Source: a virus
Taxonomy: Duplodnaviria > Caudoviricetes
Reading direction: 5' to 3' (one strand)
DNA: 64,000 bases
Virus record (IMG/VR): IMGVR_UViG_3300033463_004542
Coordinates: 1 to 64,000 of that record
Below, in pieces: positions 61,845 through 64,000 of this stretch. Numbering within the stretch: position 1 is the stretch's first letter; every line of letters begins with the position of its first letter. The notes under the pieces were generated by a model, which saw only the letters and a program-made list of their open reading frames with translations, had not been told where the DNA came from and made no database searches. The position numbers and the translations under genes are program-made.

Positions 61845-64000
61845 CTATGTTGATGTACGCTGGGTTACACCTAAACCAAGTGCACTCATCGTATCTATCA
61901 GCGATAAACCGCCTGCCTGTGTATTCTGCTGTTGCATCATTGCTTCAAGTATGATTACTATCTTACCTAACAATGCATTTGCTTGCATCTGAGGGTCAAG
62001 TTTCTTTAATTCATCTGCACTGAATACATTCATTGCATTTGCTAATGCTAATAATGTTTCATTCTGTGCATCGCCTTCTGCTTGTCTTAAATCACTCCAA
62101 GCACTTGCACCAGAAATTGATTCACTATATTTACCTACACGGCCAATATAGCCTATCCAATCTGCTAAACACTTTTGGAATACACTTGAAGTTGAAACAA
62201 ATGTCTTATGGAAATTTGTATTCAACAATTCTAAAGCACTAATGACAGTAAAATCTTTAGCATCTCCGAGTTTACTTCCAATCATGTCTTCCTTAATCTG
62301 TATATTAGATAATGCCATATCTACAGCATCCATTCTCTGGTCATATCTTGCACCTGAATCAAAGAATGGTTTGAATTCATCATTTATGAATGGAAGCCAC
62401 ATAGCGGTTTGATAAATTCCGCTTGTGCCTGCATCGAAGTCCCAGAAGGCTCTAGTTTCATCTCTGAATTTCTGTTCGTCTTCTTTTCTTGCTGCTTCTT
62501 GTAAAGCACCTTCTCTTGCTTGGTTGGCCTGGAAGTAACCTTGAATCTCGGCTTCACTTCTTCCGTAGTTACTAAGTGCTTCGTCCCAATCTGAAAGACC
62601 GTAGTCACTTAATGTTTCTTTGTATGCTTCCCAAGACATTGTCTTAGATGCTTCTTCTGCACTGTCAAGAAATTCTTGGAACTTAGCATTTGATAATGCC
62701 ATAGCATTTTCAGCAGCCGTAGCAGTTATATTCTTTATTATAGCAGGAAGTGAACCTTTGCTTGATGCAGAAGATAACGAAGCTGCACTCTTTCCTACGC
62801 TGAATCCAGAATAAATTGAACTTATAGATGAACCTGTTGATGCTCCGGCTTTAGCAGAAATGTTAGTATATCCTGAATTATCTTGCATCCAACCAAGGAG
62901 GCCACCACCAGAATAATATGCATTGTTGAATCCTTCAGCGCCTCCTGTCAATAAGGCAGCAGTAGGGTCACCGGCTAATGCACCTAATACTAACTGATTC
63001 TCCAATGCACCCAAAGGACCTGCAGGGCTAAAAACTGTTCCAATTGCTGTAGCAATTTTAACCCCATCGGGTGTAACATAGTCAGTAACATTAGACTTGC
63101 CGCCCATCATCTCGATAAGAGGTCTTACAAGGGCCAAATCTTGTCCTACTGTAACTAAGTTTGTAAGGGCTTGTTGATTAGAACCTACAGCACTTAACTG
63201 AAGAATTTCTGCAATATCTTCTCGTCTTTCTTCGACTTCTTTAACTGAAGCATCCATGTTTGCAATGCTATTTGCAGCATATGAAATAGGATTCAAGAAA
63301 TTGAGGAGATTTACAATTGTTTCACGAATGCCTTCAAGGAATGCTAATGCAGAACCTTGGATTTCTACAGCATAAGTTGCTTCTTGCATCTGTTGTGCAA
63401 TCTGCTCTTCCCACATATGTTGCTGAACCATTCGGCCAGCTTCACTATCAATTACATACGCAAGTCCTTCTTCAAGAATTGTATTATTTATTTCTTGAAG
63501 TTTAAGTTGCTCAGTGGACATTGTAGCTTCGCCACTAGCAAGGAGTGACATATTCTCACTTAATGCTCCACTGTTGATGTTCATCTCGGCAATCTTGTCT
63601 GCAAGGTTATTGAAATCAACCCTTGCAAATGCCTTCATGTCTATTCCGAATATAGATGAAAGTCCTTCTGCGACTTCCATATAATTGTCGGGAGACATAT
63701 TTTGCATGTTGGCAAGGTTCTTAAATATTGTTACAAACAAGCCTTGAGGGTCATTTGCTAACTGCTTTAAGAACTCTGTATTGCTTGCATTCATTCCAGA
63801 AAGGGAACGAAGTGCAACGATTGTATCACTGTTTCCGCCAATCGCTGCTTTAACTACATTGTCAACTAATCCTGATGCTAAATCAGGAGCAACAGAACTT
63901 ACTATAGCAGATACAGAAGTAAGTGTACCTGAGATATCTGCGGCATTTCCACTCTTTGCAGATTGGGCAATAGCAACAGCACTGCTGAGTAAATTAGAAG
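61845..64000 (-). CDS. Tape measure protein, C-terminal part (continues beyond window)
   Basis: Long helical A/S/Q-rich ORF upstream of the baseplate genes; frame stays open to the window end. Confidence 0.65.
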   Translation of the reverse strand, partial: SNLLSSAVAIAQSAKSGNAADISGTLTSVSAIVSSVAPDLASGLVDNVVKAAIGGNSDTIVALRSLSGMNASNTEFLKQLANDPQGLFVTIFKNLANMQNMSPDNYMEVAEGLSSIFGIDMKAFARVDFNNLADKIAEMNINSGALSENMSLLASGEATMSTEQLKLQEINNTILEEGLAYVIDSEAGRMVQQHMWEEQIAQQMQEATYAVEIQGSALAFLEGIRETIVNLLNFLNPISYAANSIANMDASVKEVEERREDIAEILQLSAVGSNQQALTNLVTVGQDLALVRPLIEMMGGKSNVTDYVTPDGVKIATAIGTVFSPAGPLGALENQLVLGALAGDPTAALLTGGAEGFNNAYYSGGGLLGWMQDNSGYTNISAKAGASTGSSISSIYSGFSVGKSAASLSSASSKGSLPAIIKNITATAAENAMALSNAKFQEFLDSAEEASKTMSWEAYKETLSDYGLSDWDEALSNYGRSEAEIQGYFQANQAREGALQEAARKEDEQKFRDETRAFWDFDAGTSGIYQTAMWLPFINDEFKPFFDSGARYDQRMDAVDMALSNIQIKEDMIGSKLGDAKDFTVISALELLNTNFHKTFVSTSSVFQKCLADWIGYIGRVGKYSESISGASAWSDLRQAEGDAQNETLLALANAMNVFSADELKKLDPQMQANALLGKIVIILEAMMQQQNTQAGGLSLIDTMSALGLGVTQRTST

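Noticed and set aside
283-63548. Numerous short plus-strand and nested ORFs in the ORF track
   Set aside because: They are antisense or out-of-frame shadows of long minus-strand genes with no RBS or motifs; only 24493-25080 is supported on the plus strand.
1-64000. Stop-codon reassignment as in some gut phages
   Set aside because: Genes are long and densely packed under code 11, and no suppressor-anticodon tRNA is present in the window.

Overview
A 64-kb segment of a large, AT-rich, T4-like (contractile-tailed) phage genome, probably infecting a Clostridia/Bacillota host (AGGAG ribosome-binding sites, clostridial-type AhcY, IS200/605-type ends). All convincing genes except one lie on the minus strand. 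The left part (1-26 kb) is accessory: a partial SNF2 helicase, SAH hydrolase (ahcY), an SDR, a sugar-transfer cluster (truncated nucleotide-sugar dehydrogenase, two GT2, a Stealth phosphotransferase), an XRE-sigma4-alphaCTD fusion, six tRNAs interleaved with unexplained structured non-coding segments (one a tRNA mimic whose anticodon loop is replaced by a branched domain), a Doc toxin with a tiny partner, and a Dps-domain protein. The right part (22-64 kb) is the virion module: neck, gp23-like major capsid, gp21-like protease/scaffold, fibres and adhesins, baseplate, peptidoglycan hydrolase and a partial tape measure. Main hypothesis: the head protease cleaves at [IV]-x-A|[SA], and about a dozen unrelated small proteins carry a shared MK(K/I)Y(I/V)(K/R)(A/S/G)S-type leader ending in that site, forming a T4-internal-protein-like capsid-targeting system with diverse cargo. 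Two phage-specific promoter motifs (AATCGTTATA and AACCTTTTAT) and a transposase-less IS605-type element sitting beside the head-operon promoter are also visible. All assignments come from reading motifs by eye; no searches were run.
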